The notes below the pieces were generated by a model that saw only the letters and a list, made by a program, of their open reading frames with translations, was not told where the DNA came from and made no database searches. A program made the translations under genes and the position numbers. From an uncultured delta proteobacterium (GTDB taxonomy: Bacteria > Desulfobacterota > Binatia > UBA9968), in assembly GCA_963816145.1 (NCBI GenBank), contig CAWFJP010000002.1, positions 64,001 to 128,000 on the forward strand: DNA of 64,000 nucleotides, read 5' to 3'. Position 1 is the stretch's first letter. Each line of letters begins with the position of its first letter. This document shows positions 30,064-39,374 of this stretch, in pieces.

Positions 30064-30792
30064 TTACGGGAACAATTCGATTTTCCCCGTCCCGCCTTGT
30101 TTGTCCCATTGCGATTCGATGCGCGAGAAAAACTCCCAGGCCCGGTTGGCGCGGCGCTCGAAGTCGATCTCGGCATTGAAGATTTTGCATTCATCGGCGC
30201 TGAAATGCTCCACCGGGCCGAGTGGCGCGGCTTGCATGGTTTTCTTGGCGTCGTCTTCCAGGATCAGCGACGCGAACAGGACTTCCGCCAAGCTCTTGCC
30301 GGCGACGACGATGCCGTGGCCGCGCATGAGCAAGGCGCGGTGGCCGCCGATGGTTTTGAGCATGGCGTCGCCGCGTTGCGGCGTGGTGACCAGATGAGCT
30401 TCTTTGTAAAGTGGCACGCCTTCGCCGAAGATCGTGCCCTGCAGCGTTACCGGATGAAACTCGCGCTTGGCGATGGCGAACAGTGTCGCGTAGGGGGTGT
30501 GCAGGTGGGCGACGGCCAGCGCATCCGAGCGCGCCGCGTGCAGCGCTGTGTGAATCGGCCACTCTACCGGCGGCGGTATCGCGCCGGTGATGGGCTTGCC
30601 GCTCAGATCGATGGGAATCATGTCCGGCGCGGTGAAGTGAGCCTTGTCCGAACCCGAACCGGGGGTGACGAAAACCGTTTTGCTTTCGGGCTGAAATACG
30701 CTGACATGGCCGAACAGGCCGATCAGCCCCTGCATGGCGAAGATCCTTGTGCAGGTGGCCAGCTGTTCGCGCAATTCTTGTTCCGTTGCCAT
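30064..30792 (-). CDS. Class II aldolase/adducin family protein
   Basis: GHVS, VEWPIH, AHLHTPY, LMRGHG Zn-binding motifs. Confidence 0.9.
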   Translation of the reverse strand: MATEQELREQLATCTRIFAMQGLIGLFGHVSVFQPESKTVFVTPGSGSDKAHFTAPDMIPIDLSGKPITGAIPPPVEWPIHTALHAARSDALAVAHLHTPYATLFAIAKREFHPVTLQGTIFGEGVPLYKEAHLVTTPQRGDAMLKTIGGHRALLMRGHGIVVAGKSLAEVLFASLILEDDAKKTMQAAPLGPVEHFSADECKIFNAEIDFERRANRAWEFFSRIESQWDKQGGTGKIELFP

Positions 30793-31243
30793 TTACTTGG
30801 TTCTCCTTTGTGCGGCTTCCGATTCCTCTTTGACTTCCTTAGACCAGCTGCAGTTGCAGCAGCCGCTCGGGTGGAATGTCCTCTTTGAAGCCAAGCGGGA
30901 TTTTAATGTCGTATTCGAGAAAGTTCTTGATTCCCTCAGCGGACGGTATGACCGGCGCGCCTTTGAGGGCAGCGCGCATACCGCTGCCGCCGCCGCTGAA
31001 ATCAACGTCGCCGCTGAGCAGTGCCGCCGTGGCCAGCGGCCCGGAGATGACCACGGTTTCGTTCTCCAAGCCTTCGTCTTTGAAATAGCCGCGACCGTCG
31101 GCGACGTAGATGGATAAGTAGTTTAAGTTCGCCTGAGGAATGGCGGTGCGGATTTTTTCGGCGTGGGCGTGTGTTTCAATCCCGACCGCTATAACGGAGA
31201 GGAATGCAGCGACGATTACTCTAGCAATTCGCGATGTCGGAAT
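30793..31243 (-). pseudogene. Internally deleted, frameshifted NMT1/SsuA-type substrate-binding protein
   Basis: Signal peptide and GYFKDEGLE...GDVDFS...MRAALKGAP join directly to a C-terminal helix (IKNFLEYDIKIP). An extra T creates TAA at 30839. ATT stands at the expected start after GGAGGAG. Confidence 0.7.
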
Positions 31244-31250
31244 ACGATCT

Positions 31251-31372
31251 CCTCCCCCTTGATGGGAGAGGATGAAGAGCCTGCCCCGGACTCGATCCGG
31301 GGTGGGGGTGCCCGTCAATTTCAACGGAGTGCGTAGCACCCCCATCCTGGCCTTCCCCCGTCGAGGAGGAAG
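31251..31372. repeat. REP-like composite palindrome with a nested CCCCGGA-CTCGA-TCCGGGG hairpin
   Basis: cctcccccttgatgggagagg ... ggtgggggtg ... cacccccatcc .. ccttcccccgtcgaggaggaagg; nested hairpin at 31284-31302. Confidence 0.75.
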
Positions 31373-31422
31373 GTAGGGGTTCGGAAGGAGGAGTGATTGA
31401 GATAGTTGATGCAGTGTTACCG

Positions 31423-32229
31423 TCACGAGAAATACCGATAGACTAGTCGCTTCGGGTGCGTGATCGCCAGCCACAGCGCGCGCATTTTGCCGGCGACGCC
31501 ACAACGTGGCGTAAACAAATCCTTGAGCATCAAGCCCAAAGGAATGCGATGCTTGGGAAATCTGCCGGCGGCGATGTCGCGCACACCGTATTTGTCTTTG
31601 CCTTCTTTCAAGATGTAGACGACGCTGCCGCCACCGGCTTCTTTATCGCCATAGATGTAACCGCCCACCGATTCGGCCTGTTTTTTGGCTTTGTCGGCAA
31701 TCTCTTCGGTGAGGCCGAAGTCGAGCGCATTGACCGGGCAGGCCTGAACACAGAAGGGCTGTTTGTCTTCGCTGATGCGGTCGCTGCACATGGTGCATTT
31801 GCTGGCTTTGCCGGTAATCTCATTCTTGGTGATGACTTCCCAGGGGCAAGCATGGATACAGTACTCACAGCCGATGCAAACATCTTTGTTGATGACCACT
31901 GCGCCTTCTTCATATTTGGTGATCGCCTCGACGGGGCAAACCGCCGCGCAGGCGGCGAAGTCGCAATGCATGCAGCTATTGCGCGCCCAGATCGGCGACA
32001 AACCTTCGAGCACCGGCGGTTCCATGGTGATCCAGTTGGTGCTGGAAAGTTCGTAAAGACTGGTGCGATCGTGATCGTTCCAATCTTTGCAGGCCTGAAC
32101 GCAGTGGCGACAGCCGATGCATTTGGTTGCGTCAAATAGTATGCTGCGCGGCTTGCCGTCGAGCAGCCGGCCGGTTGGAACCAGGTTGCCATATTCTCGG
32201 GTTAGAGTATCCGTCGGTTTTATCGCCAT
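31423..32229 (-). CDS. 4x[4Fe-4S] electron-transfer protein (FdnH/HybA/DmsB-like)
   Basis: CIGCRHCVQAC, CMHC...CAAVCP, CIGCEYCIHACP, CTMC...CVQACP. Confidence 0.92.
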   Translation of the reverse strand: MAIKPTDTLTREYGNLVPTGRLLDGKPRSILFDATKCIGCRHCVQACKDWNDHDRTSLYELSSTNWITMEPPVLEGLSPIWARNSCMHCDFAACAAVCPVEAITKYEEGAVVINKDVCIGCEYCIHACPWEVITKNEITGKASKCTMCSDRISEDKQPFCVQACPVNALDFGLTEEIADKAKKQAESVGGYIYGDKEAGGGSVVYILKEGKDKYGVRDIAAGRFPKHRIPLGLMLKDLFTPRCGVAGKMRALWLAITHPKRLVYRYFS

Positions 32230-32305
32230 GCCGGTCCTTTCGATCTCACGTTCAGCGTGGGTGTATCATTTAAGATTTGCGGGCGTCAACAGAGCGGCAA
32301 CGGGC

Positions 32306-32337
32306 AATGTAGAATTGATAATGGAGAATGGATAATG
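32306..32337. repeat. 7-bp tandem repeat, single arm (AATGGAK-like)
   Basis: aatgtag aattgat aatggag aatggat aatg. Confidence 0.65.
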
Positions 32338-32425
32338 TTCGTGCGCAGATAGCTCTTGTGTTTCGCTAGCCGTCCCGATTAGCATGCGATCAGCTCAGTG
32401 CGTCGGTTCGGAAAGGAGAATTTTC

Positions 32426-33166
32426 ATGGCTTCTGGAACTTGGCGAGGGATTGTCGGCGTGGTGAAACCGACTTACGGGTCGGGATCGCTAGTGGAGTTC
32501 ATTCGGCTCTTGCCGGAAGGGGTCGGCTGCATACCGATGTATGCCGGCATCAAGGAACATTCCGAGCGCGGCTATCTCGGCGCGATGGAGACCTACCATG
32601 TCAAGGTCGCTGAGCTCGCGGAAATCGGCGTCGATCTGATGCATCCCGAGGGCGGACCGCCGTTCATGGTGCGCGGCCATAAGGCCGAGCAGGAGATCGT
32701 CAGCGCTTGGGAAGCCAAGTATAAAGTGCCGATCTTTACCTCGGGCATGTCGCAGGCCCAAGCGCTGCGCGCTTTAGGCATCAGGAAGTTTGTCGGCTGC
32801 ACTTATTTCCGCGATCAGAAGATGAACGATGTCTTCACACGGTACTTCACCGACTGCGGGTTTGAAGTGCTCGGCATGGAGGGCATGGACACCTCGCCCA
32901 GCGAAGCGGACGGAGTTTCTAACGAGACGATCTATCGGCATCTCAAAGCGTCCTTTAACAAACATCCGACGGCGCAGGGTATTTACCTGCTCGGCTCCGG
33001 TGCCTGGGGGATCAAGGACATCGTCACTGCGGAGAACGATCTCGGCGTGCCGGTGGTTCATCCAGTTGCCGCGCGGGTTTGGTACGTGCAGAAGCTCCTA
33101 AGGATTAAGAATCCGTTGAAAGGGGCGAGCCGGTTGTTGGAGGAGTTGCCAGCAATTGTCGGCTAA
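32426..33166 (+). CDS. Maleate isomerase/arylmalonate decarboxylase (Asp/Glu racemase) family protein
   Basis: GVVKPT, ALRALGIRK, GFEVL, ENDLGVPVV fold signatures; AAGGAG RBS. Confidence 0.78.
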   Translation: MASGTWRGIVGVVKPTYGSGSLVEFIRLLPEGVGCIPMYAGIKEHSERGYLGAMETYHVKVAELAEIGVDLMHPEGGPPFMVRGHKAEQEIVSAWEAKYKVPIFTSGMSQAQALRALGIRKFVGCTYFRDQKMNDVFTRYFTDCGFEVLGMEGMDTSPSEADGVSNETIYRHLKASFNKHPTAQGIYLLGSGAWGIKDIVTAENDLGVPVVHPVAARVWYVQKLLRIKNPLKGASRLLEELPAIVG

Positions 33167-33176
33167 CGAATTTGCG

Positions 33177-35063
33177 TCAGTCGAGCTGGCTCCACTCTTG
33201 GAATTCTTGAAGATCTAGTTTCTCCAACGTGTCCTTGAACGGCCTGCCGGTGCGCTCGTGGCGGCCGGAGAGTTTGTAGTAGTCCCAAATCATACCGGGC
33301 AGCCATTTGGCGATGGTGAAGCCTTTGTATTTGCCGTCCGGGATGGGTTCCAAGAATCTTGGGCCGACATCTTGCCAGTCGAAATCGGCAACCCATCCGC
33401 GCTGGGTGCCGAAAAGGCTTTGCAGGATCATGCTGCGGTGGCCGGCGGCGAGGGCTTCGGCGATGGAAAAATCCCAGCCGGTGATCGCGTTGAAGGCGTC
33501 GACGATTGAATTCAAGCCGTCCTTCTTGTGGGCTTCCTGGGCGAACCAGCAGCCGCCGAAGATGCCGGTGAACTGGCGGTATTGCTCGGACAAGACATGC
33601 GACCAAACCCAGCCCTCGGGGTTGTCCATTTCCAGTGGGCCCCAATGTTCGTTGTCACGCAGATCGGGCGGCGGATTTTTCGAGCCACCGCCTTGCGGTT
33701 TCATGCCTCCGCTGGCGACCAACTCTCGTAACATTTGACCGAGCAGCGGGCGCCATTCGTGCATCGCCGGCGTGCCGCCTTTGGTGTGGACTGCCCAGTT
33801 GGGCGCGTCGCCGCCGAGGGCTTCGGCCAATTGCTTCGGCCCCTCGGCGAGCAGATTGCCGAGCCAGCCTTGGCGGCGTGCCGCCAAATCAAGAAGTTTA
33901 TCGACCGCCTCGACACTGCCCCATTCGAGCTTGATGCCATCCGTGCGGTCGGGACCGAGCAAGCCTTTCTCCCACGCTTCGAACGCGACGCCGGCGCCGC
34001 AGGAGAAGTGGCTGCACTCGATTCCCAGATTATTGATCTTCTCTGCGAGATAGAGCACTGCGTTGCCTTTGATGCCGAGGTTGAAAAAAGTATCGAGCCA
34101 CTCGCCGCCGGCATTGAAGTGAACGACCGTTCCTTTGAATTGACCCTCGCCCAACTTGGCATCCCACGGGCACATGCGGGCGCACTGAAAGCAGGGACGG
34201 AGCACGACATCGTTGTCGGCGAAGCCGGCGATATGCGCCGGTTGAATGTCAGTGCTGCGCCAGTTCAAATTGTTGAGCGCGCCCCAGGCGTCGCCGTGTC
34301 CGTACTTGGTTTTCTTTTTCTTGACATCGTGTTGCTGCAAGACGTTGCGCCAACGTAAGCCGGCATCGGCCAGTTTCGTTTTGTCGCGATGGCTTGGCCG
34401 CATGGTGCCGGAAACCACAATGGCTTTGAGTTTTTTCGAGCCGAGCACGGCGCCGCCGCTGTGGGCGGCGAAATGATTGTAGTCGTTGGCGAGCATGGCG
34501 GCGCGATTCAAATTCTCGCCGGCGGGACCGATGCAAAGGACTCTGGCGTCGCGGTTGCCGACGATCTCGCGCAGACGGTCCTCAGTGTGACGGGTGCCGA
34601 GGCCCCAGACTTTCGCGCCATCGCGCAATTCCGCCCTGCCGTCTTTGATATAGAGATAGACCGGCTTCGCCGACACGCCTTGAACGATGACGCCGTCGTA
34701 ACCGGCGGCCTTGAGATAAGTCGCCCAGTAGCCGCTGGTGGCGCCGCGGCCTAATGTCTTGTTGGTCAGTGGGCTGAGATAGACTGCGGTCATTTTTGTG
34801 CCGCCCGGCGTGAAGCCGTTGCCGGTCAGCGGGCCGGTCATCATGACCACTTTGTTTTCCGGGCCGAAGGGTGTCGCGTCGAGGGGCAATTCATGCATCA
34901 AGATATAGAGTGCTAGCGCTTGGCCGCCGATAAATTTCTTTAAGATCGGCTCTTCGGGCAGATTCTCGTCTGTGAGCGTGCCGGTCGTCAGATCGACACG
35001 GAGGATCTTGCCCATATAGCCGCCGGGGAGGGGGGTGGTACGTTTGGCGGGAAATAAACTCAT
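33177..35063 (-). CDS. Aldehyde:ferredoxin oxidoreductase family protein (W-bis-pterin), copy 2
   Basis: Paralog of 26845-28752: SPLT, IGPAGENL, GSKKLKA, CFQCARMC, GGCWF. Confidence 0.9.
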   Translation of the reverse strand: MSLFPAKRTTPLPGGYMGKILRVDLTTGTLTDENLPEEPILKKFIGGQALALYILMHELPLDATPFGPENKVVMMTGPLTGNGFTPGGTKMTAVYLSPLTNKTLGRGATSGYWATYLKAAGYDGVIVQGVSAKPVYLYIKDGRAELRDGAKVWGLGTRHTEDRLREIVGNRDARVLCIGPAGENLNRAAMLANDYNHFAAHSGGAVLGSKKLKAIVVSGTMRPSHRDKTKLADAGLRWRNVLQQHDVKKKKTKYGHGDAWGALNNLNWRSTDIQPAHIAGFADNDVVLRPCFQCARMCPWDAKLGEGQFKGTVVHFNAGGEWLDTFFNLGIKGNAVLYLAEKINNLGIECSHFSCGAGVAFEAWEKGLLGPDRTDGIKLEWGSVEAVDKLLDLAARRQGWLGNLLAEGPKQLAEALGGDAPNWAVHTKGGTPAMHEWRPLLGQMLRELVASGGMKPQGGGSKNPPPDLRDNEHWGPLEMDNPEGWVWSHVLSEQYRQFTGIFGGCWFAQEAHKKDGLNSIVDAFNAITGWDFSIAEALAAGHRSMILQSLFGTQRGWVADFDWQDVGPRFLEPIPDGKYKGFTIAKWLPGMIWDYYKLSGRHERTGRPFKDTLEKLDLQEFQEWSQLD

Positions 35064-35089
35064 CGTTGGCTCCGTGAATTGCGTGTCAA

Positions 35090-35173
35090 AAGGACGAAGG
35101 ATGAAGGCGGAAGGATGAATTCGGATTGTCAGTGATTCTTAACTTCATCCCTCATCCCTCCGCCTTCATCCTT
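35090..35173. repeat. Tandem-repeat hairpin, 7-bp unit AAGGATG with inverted arm (element D)
   Basis: aaggacg aaggatg aaggcgg aaggatg aa ttcgga ... ttcatccc tcatccc tccgcct tcatcctt. Confidence 0.88.
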
Positions 35174-35178
35174 GCCTA

Positions 35179-36171
35179 TCATCTTACTCCGAAAATCGCG
35201 CGCATTTCTTCGCCCGCCGGGCCGTATTCTTTTGCCATGCGCGGGTCGCTCGCTTGCAATTTCACGTTTTTCAGTGAAAACACTTGAGGGTCGACGTCGC
35301 GATGAGCGGGAATTCTCCCCTGGTCGCGCAGCATGCGTTGGCCTTCGATGGAGAGAATAAAGCCGATCAGCAGTTTGCCGGCGTTGGGGTGCGGCGCGCT
35401 TTTGGCAAGAACCATCGGGTGCACGTAGGTGATCACCGGCTCGTCGAAAACATATTGCACCGGACCGCCTTGGGCTTTAATGCGCGCCGCGATGTGGGCG
35501 TAGGTGTTGGTGACGGCGTGGAATTCACCGGCGGCGAGGAGTTGCGCCGTGATGTTATGACCATCGCGCAGGGCCGGTTGTTGGGCGGCCAGCGCTTTCA
35601 AAAAAGTACGCGTTTTGTCTTTGCCCCAGCGCCGCTGCAAGTTGACGTACCACTCCGGGTCTTGGAGATTGACGCCGATGCGTCCCTTCCAGCGCGGCGC
35701 CAAAAGATCTTCGTATTTCTTCGGCGCTTCATCGGGTCTGACGAGCTGGGTGTTGTAGGCCATGGAGTTGAGCAGCGAATGGACGTTGACCCAGTGGCCA
35801 TCGGGATCTTTGAAGCCTTCGTCGAAAGCTGCGGCTTCAGGCGGCACATAGCGCTGGGTGAGCCCAGACTCCTTCATCAGCTGCACCTGAAATCCCGCAG
35901 AAGTCACGACGTCGACGGCGAAGCGGCCGGCCTTCGCTTCGGTGCTGGCGCGTTGCAGCACCCGTTCGCTGGTGCCACGGTAGAACGACGGCTTGATCGC
36001 TGGATATTTTTTCTTGAAGGCGTCGACCAGGGTGACGATCTGCTCGTTGTTGAGGGAGCTATAAAGTACCACTTCGCCTTCGGCGCGGGCGCCCTCTTCG
36101 AGGGTGGCGGCATGCGCGGGAGGGAATAGGACTGATACGACAAATAGGACCAATAGTGATCGAAGCATCAT
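35179..36171 (-). CDS. Extracellular solute-binding protein (Fe3+/thiamine-like, SBP_bac_6)
   Basis: Signal peptide, AEGEVVLYSS, AYNT, DLLAPRWKG, APHPNAGKL. Confidence 0.85.
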   Translation of the reverse strand: MMLRSLLVLFVVSVLFPPAHAATLEEGARAEGEVVLYSSLNNEQIVTLVDAFKKKYPAIKPSFYRGTSERVLQRASTEAKAGRFAVDVVTSAGFQVQLMKESGLTQRYVPPEAAAFDEGFKDPDGHWVNVHSLLNSMAYNTQLVRPDEAPKKYEDLLAPRWKGRIGVNLQDPEWYVNLQRRWGKDKTRTFLKALAAQQPALRDGHNITAQLLAAGEFHAVTNTYAHIAARIKAQGGPVQYVFDEPVITYVHPMVLAKSAPHPNAGKLLIGFILSIEGQRMLRDQGRIPAHRDVDPQVFSLKNVKLQASDPRMAKEYGPAGEEMRAIFGVR

Positions 36172-36183
36172 CACGTTTGGGCC

Positions 36184-37164
36184 TCACACATGGCCGATGA
36201 AAAGATCATCCATGGGCAGCATGATTTTCATCAAGCCCTGTTCGATTTGGTAGCGGTTCATAGCCGCGAGGGTGCGCTTTTCGTTGTCGCCCATGACGTA
36301 GGCGTAAGGATCTTCGCCCAGCGCGTCGCGTTCTTTTTGATAGCCGGCGATCTCCTCAGGCGGCATGTACTCGGTCGAGACATCGCGCGCTGCCATGAAG
36401 GCACGGGTGAGCTTCGCCGGGAAGTCGGGGTGGCGATCGACCACCTCTTTGCGGATCGACAATACATGCATGATCGGATTGATGCCGGTTCTCTTGACGT
36501 AATCGAGAATCTCCTGATTGTCGTCGAACAGCGGTTTTACCCCAGGGTAAGCGGCCATCATCGGCGGGGTTTCGCCGCCGCCGAAGAAGCCGGCATAGCC
36601 GTTGTCGCCCGGCACAACCGCGCCGTGCAGTTCACCTTCACTGAGCATTTTCGACAGCACCAGCTTCTCGCCGCCGAAGGGTGGCGGCGGCTCGATGCGC
36701 TGGACCTTCACCGGCAATTCATGGCCGATGAACACCTCGCGGCCGGACACGAACCACTGCATGTCAGTGGTCTTGATGCCATGGGCGTCGAGTAAATAGC
36801 CGCGCGCCCAGACCACGGCGGTGGCGCCGTAACGGAAGCAGCCGAACTTTTTGCCTTTGAGTTCCGACGGATGTTTCAGATGTTTGTCGCAGTGGTAAAT
36901 GTTGCGCTGGCGCGGACCGCGCTCGAAGAACACCGGTATGGCGAGCAATTGCTGCCCCTTCTCGATGGCGCGCATCAAGCTCGCCGCCGAGACTTCGCCG
37001 ACATCCCATTCGCCATGAAGATATTTGTAGTGGCGCTCGCCGGAGGAGACGAAGTTCGGATCGACGTCGAGTTCGTAGCCGTCGATGCCGACTTTGCCGT
37101 CGATGATCGCCTGGCAGCGGGGGTGGTCGGGAAGACCTAGGGTAATTTTAGTTTTGGTGGCCAT
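36184..37164 (-). CDS. 4,5-dihydroxyphthalate decarboxylase-like protein (PBP fold, no signal peptide)
   Basis: DVGEVS, AIPVF, ATAVVWARG, PIMH, GEDPYAY motifs; paralog of 11393-12397. Confidence 0.78.
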   Translation of the reverse strand: MATKTKITLGLPDHPRCQAIIDGKVGIDGYELDVDPNFVSSGERHYKYLHGEWDVGEVSAASLMRAIEKGQQLLAIPVFFERGPRQRNIYHCDKHLKHPSELKGKKFGCFRYGATAVVWARGYLLDAHGIKTTDMQWFVSGREVFIGHELPVKVQRIEPPPPFGGEKLVLSKMLSEGELHGAVVPGDNGYAGFFGGGETPPMMAAYPGVKPLFDDNQEILDYVKRTGINPIMHVLSIRKEVVDRHPDFPAKLTRAFMAARDVSTEYMPPEEIAGYQKERDALGEDPYAYVMGDNEKRTLAAMNRYQIEQGLMKIMLPMDDLFIGHV

Positions 37165-37187
37165 GAGTTTGCTCCTTCAAGATTTTG

Positions 37188-37269
37188 GTTCCATTCGTTC
37201 CAATGGTTCCAAATGTTCCAATCGTTTTCGAACATCTGGAACGACTGGAACGGCTGGAACGATTGAAAC
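37188..37269. repeat. Tandem-repeat hairpin, 9-bp unit GTTCCANNN (element C)
   Basis: gttccattc gttccaatg gttccaaat gttccaatc gttttcgaac atctggaac gactggaac ggctggaac gattgaaac. Confidence 0.9.
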
Positions 37270-37278
37270 TCCCCGGCG

Positions 37279-38340
37279 CTACCGCGCGCCGGGGAAGATC
37301 TCTCGATACCGGTTGCCGATCTGTTGATAGCGTCTTCCTATATCGAAAATATCCGGCATGCGCACGTCTTGGCCTTCCAGGAGTTGGCTCTCGGGGGATT
37401 TAACTTTGGGATGAGCCGGCATGCGATTGGTGGTGACGATGATTTTCTGGCCGTCTTCCGAAAGCAGGTAGTCGGTGAACAGCGCGCCGGCGAAGGGGTG
37501 GGGCGCATTGGCGCTCATGAAGACCAGGCTCGGACTGAGAAAGTAGGGTTGGATCGGCGCGAAGCCCAGCGGCGCGCCCTGTCGACTCAAACTGAGCACC
37601 GAGTTGAGATTGGTCTCCACGGCGATCTCATGCTCGCCGGCGGCGAGCAGTTGAGTCATCAAGCGGCGGCCGCGCGAGTGCTGCAAGTTTTGCTCGTTCA
37701 AGCGCTTCATGAAGCGCTGGCCGTTCTCTTCGCCCAGGTACTGCATTATGGTGCCGAACCAAACGTAGGATTGACTGTCCATCACCAGTTTGTTTTTCCA
37801 GCGCGGCTTCAAGAGATCTTCGACGCTGCGCGGCAGTTCGTCTTTTTGGACTAGCCGGCTGTTGTAGGCGCTGACCATGACGTTGGTCATGTAGGTGGTC
37901 CACAGGCCGTCTTTGTCTTTGAAGCCGTCGCGCAAGGTTTCCCGTTCCGGCGAGCGGTAGCGCGCGGCGACGCGCTTTTCGATGGACGCGAGCACGCCCA
38001 ATTGGCCGCTCAAGACGACATCCGACAAGGGTTTGCCGACGCGACTTTCGGATTCGATTCGCGTGATGATCGCGGCACCGGAGAAATGCACGCTGGTGGC
38101 TTTGACCCCGGGGTATCTTCTCATGAAGCCGTCAGCGAGCGGCTTCATCGCGGTTACGTCCATATTGGCATACACGACCGCTTCGCCGTCATTTTTCGCG
38201 GCTTCCAACAAACGCTGCCGACGTTCCGCCGCCGGCAGTTTTTCCAATGCAGCGAGTTTAGTCTCGCTACTCTGGGCCCAGAGCACCGATTGGGGCGCGA
38301 AAAATGACAGCGCCAGAAGAAAGATCAACGCCAAATGCAT
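37279..38340 (-). CDS. Extracellular solute-binding protein (SBP_bac_6-like)
   Basis: Signal peptide, DGEAVVY, AYNS, DLLKPRWK, APHP...LLSEDGQ. Confidence 0.85.
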   Translation of the reverse strand: MHLALIFLLALSFFAPQSVLWAQSSETKLAALEKLPAAERRQRLLEAAKNDGEAVVYANMDVTAMKPLADGFMRRYPGVKATSVHFSGAAIITRIESESRVGKPLSDVVLSGQLGVLASIEKRVAARYRSPERETLRDGFKDKDGLWTTYMTNVMVSAYNSRLVQKDELPRSVEDLLKPRWKNKLVMDSQSYVWFGTIMQYLGEENGQRFMKRLNEQNLQHSRGRRLMTQLLAAGEHEIAVETNLNSVLSLSRQGAPLGFAPIQPYFLSPSLVFMSANAPHPFAGALFTDYLLSEDGQKIIVTTNRMPAHPKVKSPESQLLEGQDVRMPDIFDIGRRYQQIGNRYREIFPGAR

Positions 38341-38350
38341 GCCGGCCTCA

Positions 38351-39343
38351 TTATTTCCTTATACCCAATTCGCGCTGAACTTCGTGCAATAACGAGAAGT
38401 CGACTAGCTTGGCAATCGGCGGTTGTGCCGCAAGTTTCAGCGGTTGGGTGATGGTCAGGTCGATATTGTTGCGCAACGATTCGTCGCTGGCGCCGCCCGG
38501 GTTTCTCGGGTCAATGGCTTTGATGCAGATATTCGCCGCGCCCTCGGTGATATCGCGCGGATGTTTGAATTCGGCCTGGGCGATCTTGTAGGTCTCCTCG
38601 GGCCGCGTTTGCATGAGTTGCAGGCTCTTCACCATGGCGCGGGTCCAGCGTTTGAGTTTGTCGCGCCGGTTGGTCAACAGCGCATCCGAGGTCGAATAGC
38701 CCGCCCAGGGCCAGGCGCCGAGGTCGGCTAAGACTGCGAGTTCGGTAAAGCCCTGCTTCTTCAAGATGAGCGCCGCGTCGGGATTGAAGGCGCGGGCGTG
38801 GATCACGCCATTGCGCATGGCGGTGATGGAGGTTTCAGCGCCGCCGATGGTCATGAAGGTCACGTCTTTTTTGGGATCCATGCCGTTCGCCTGTAGCACC
38901 ATGCTAGCGGCGATTTCAGTGGTCGCCCCGGGACCGGTGGTGCCGATCACCTTGCCGCGCAGATCTTGAACGCGCTTAATTTCCGGCGCGCCGAGAAGCA
39001 CGAACAGGCTCTTATAGTAGGGAAAAAAATTGGCTTTAAGCGGCGCGCCGCGCGCGGCGGCGCGCATCGACGAGCCGGCGATGCCGGCGACATCGATCTC
39101 GCCGGCCATCAGCGCGGTGACGACGACGTTGCTGTTGACGACGATCCACTGAATCTCCAAGTTCTCCTGGGCGAAAAAACCGGAGCGCATGCCGACGAAC
39201 AGCGGCAGATAGCCGAAGTCTTTTGTTGATAGAGCGACTCGGAAGAGTTCGCCGTGGCTGTTGCTCACTGAGCCGAGGAGGATGGCTGCGAGGGACGCAG
39301 TCATTGCTAGTCTATTGAGGCAACGGTGCATGAGTGTTTTCAT
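38351..39343 (-). CDS. ABC-type substrate-binding protein (NMT1/SsuA-like)
   Basis: GFFAQENLE, DLRGKVIG, VDFSLL motifs; start approximate. Confidence 0.82.
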   Translation of the reverse strand: MKTLMHRCLNRLAMTASLAAILLGSVSNSHGELFRVALSTKDFGYLPLFVGMRSGFFAQENLEIQWIVVNSNVVVTALMAGEIDVAGIAGSSMRAAARGAPLKANFFPYYKSLFVLLGAPEIKRVQDLRGKVIGTTGPGATTEIAASMVLQANGMDPKKDVTFMTIGGAETSITAMRNGVIHARAFNPDAALILKKQGFTELAVLADLGAWPWAGYSTSDALLTNRRDKLKRWTRAMVKSLQLMQTRPEETYKIAQAEFKHPRDITEGAANICIKAIDPRNPGGASDESLRNNIDLTITQPLKLAAQPPIAKLVDFSLLHEVQRELGIRK

Positions 39344-39374
39344 GGCGCTAGATAGAAGTGATTTATCGGAGATT

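Noticed and set aside
29954-30190. N-terminal extension of the BNR protein in the ORF track (start 30190)
   Set aside because: It runs through repeat element B and overlaps the aldolase gene; a strong AGGAGG precedes ATG 29953.
30839-31504. 221-aa ORF as an intact gene
   Set aside because: Its N-terminal part is translated REP-like palindrome and overlaps the Fe-S gene; only 30793-31243 resembles a broken SBP.
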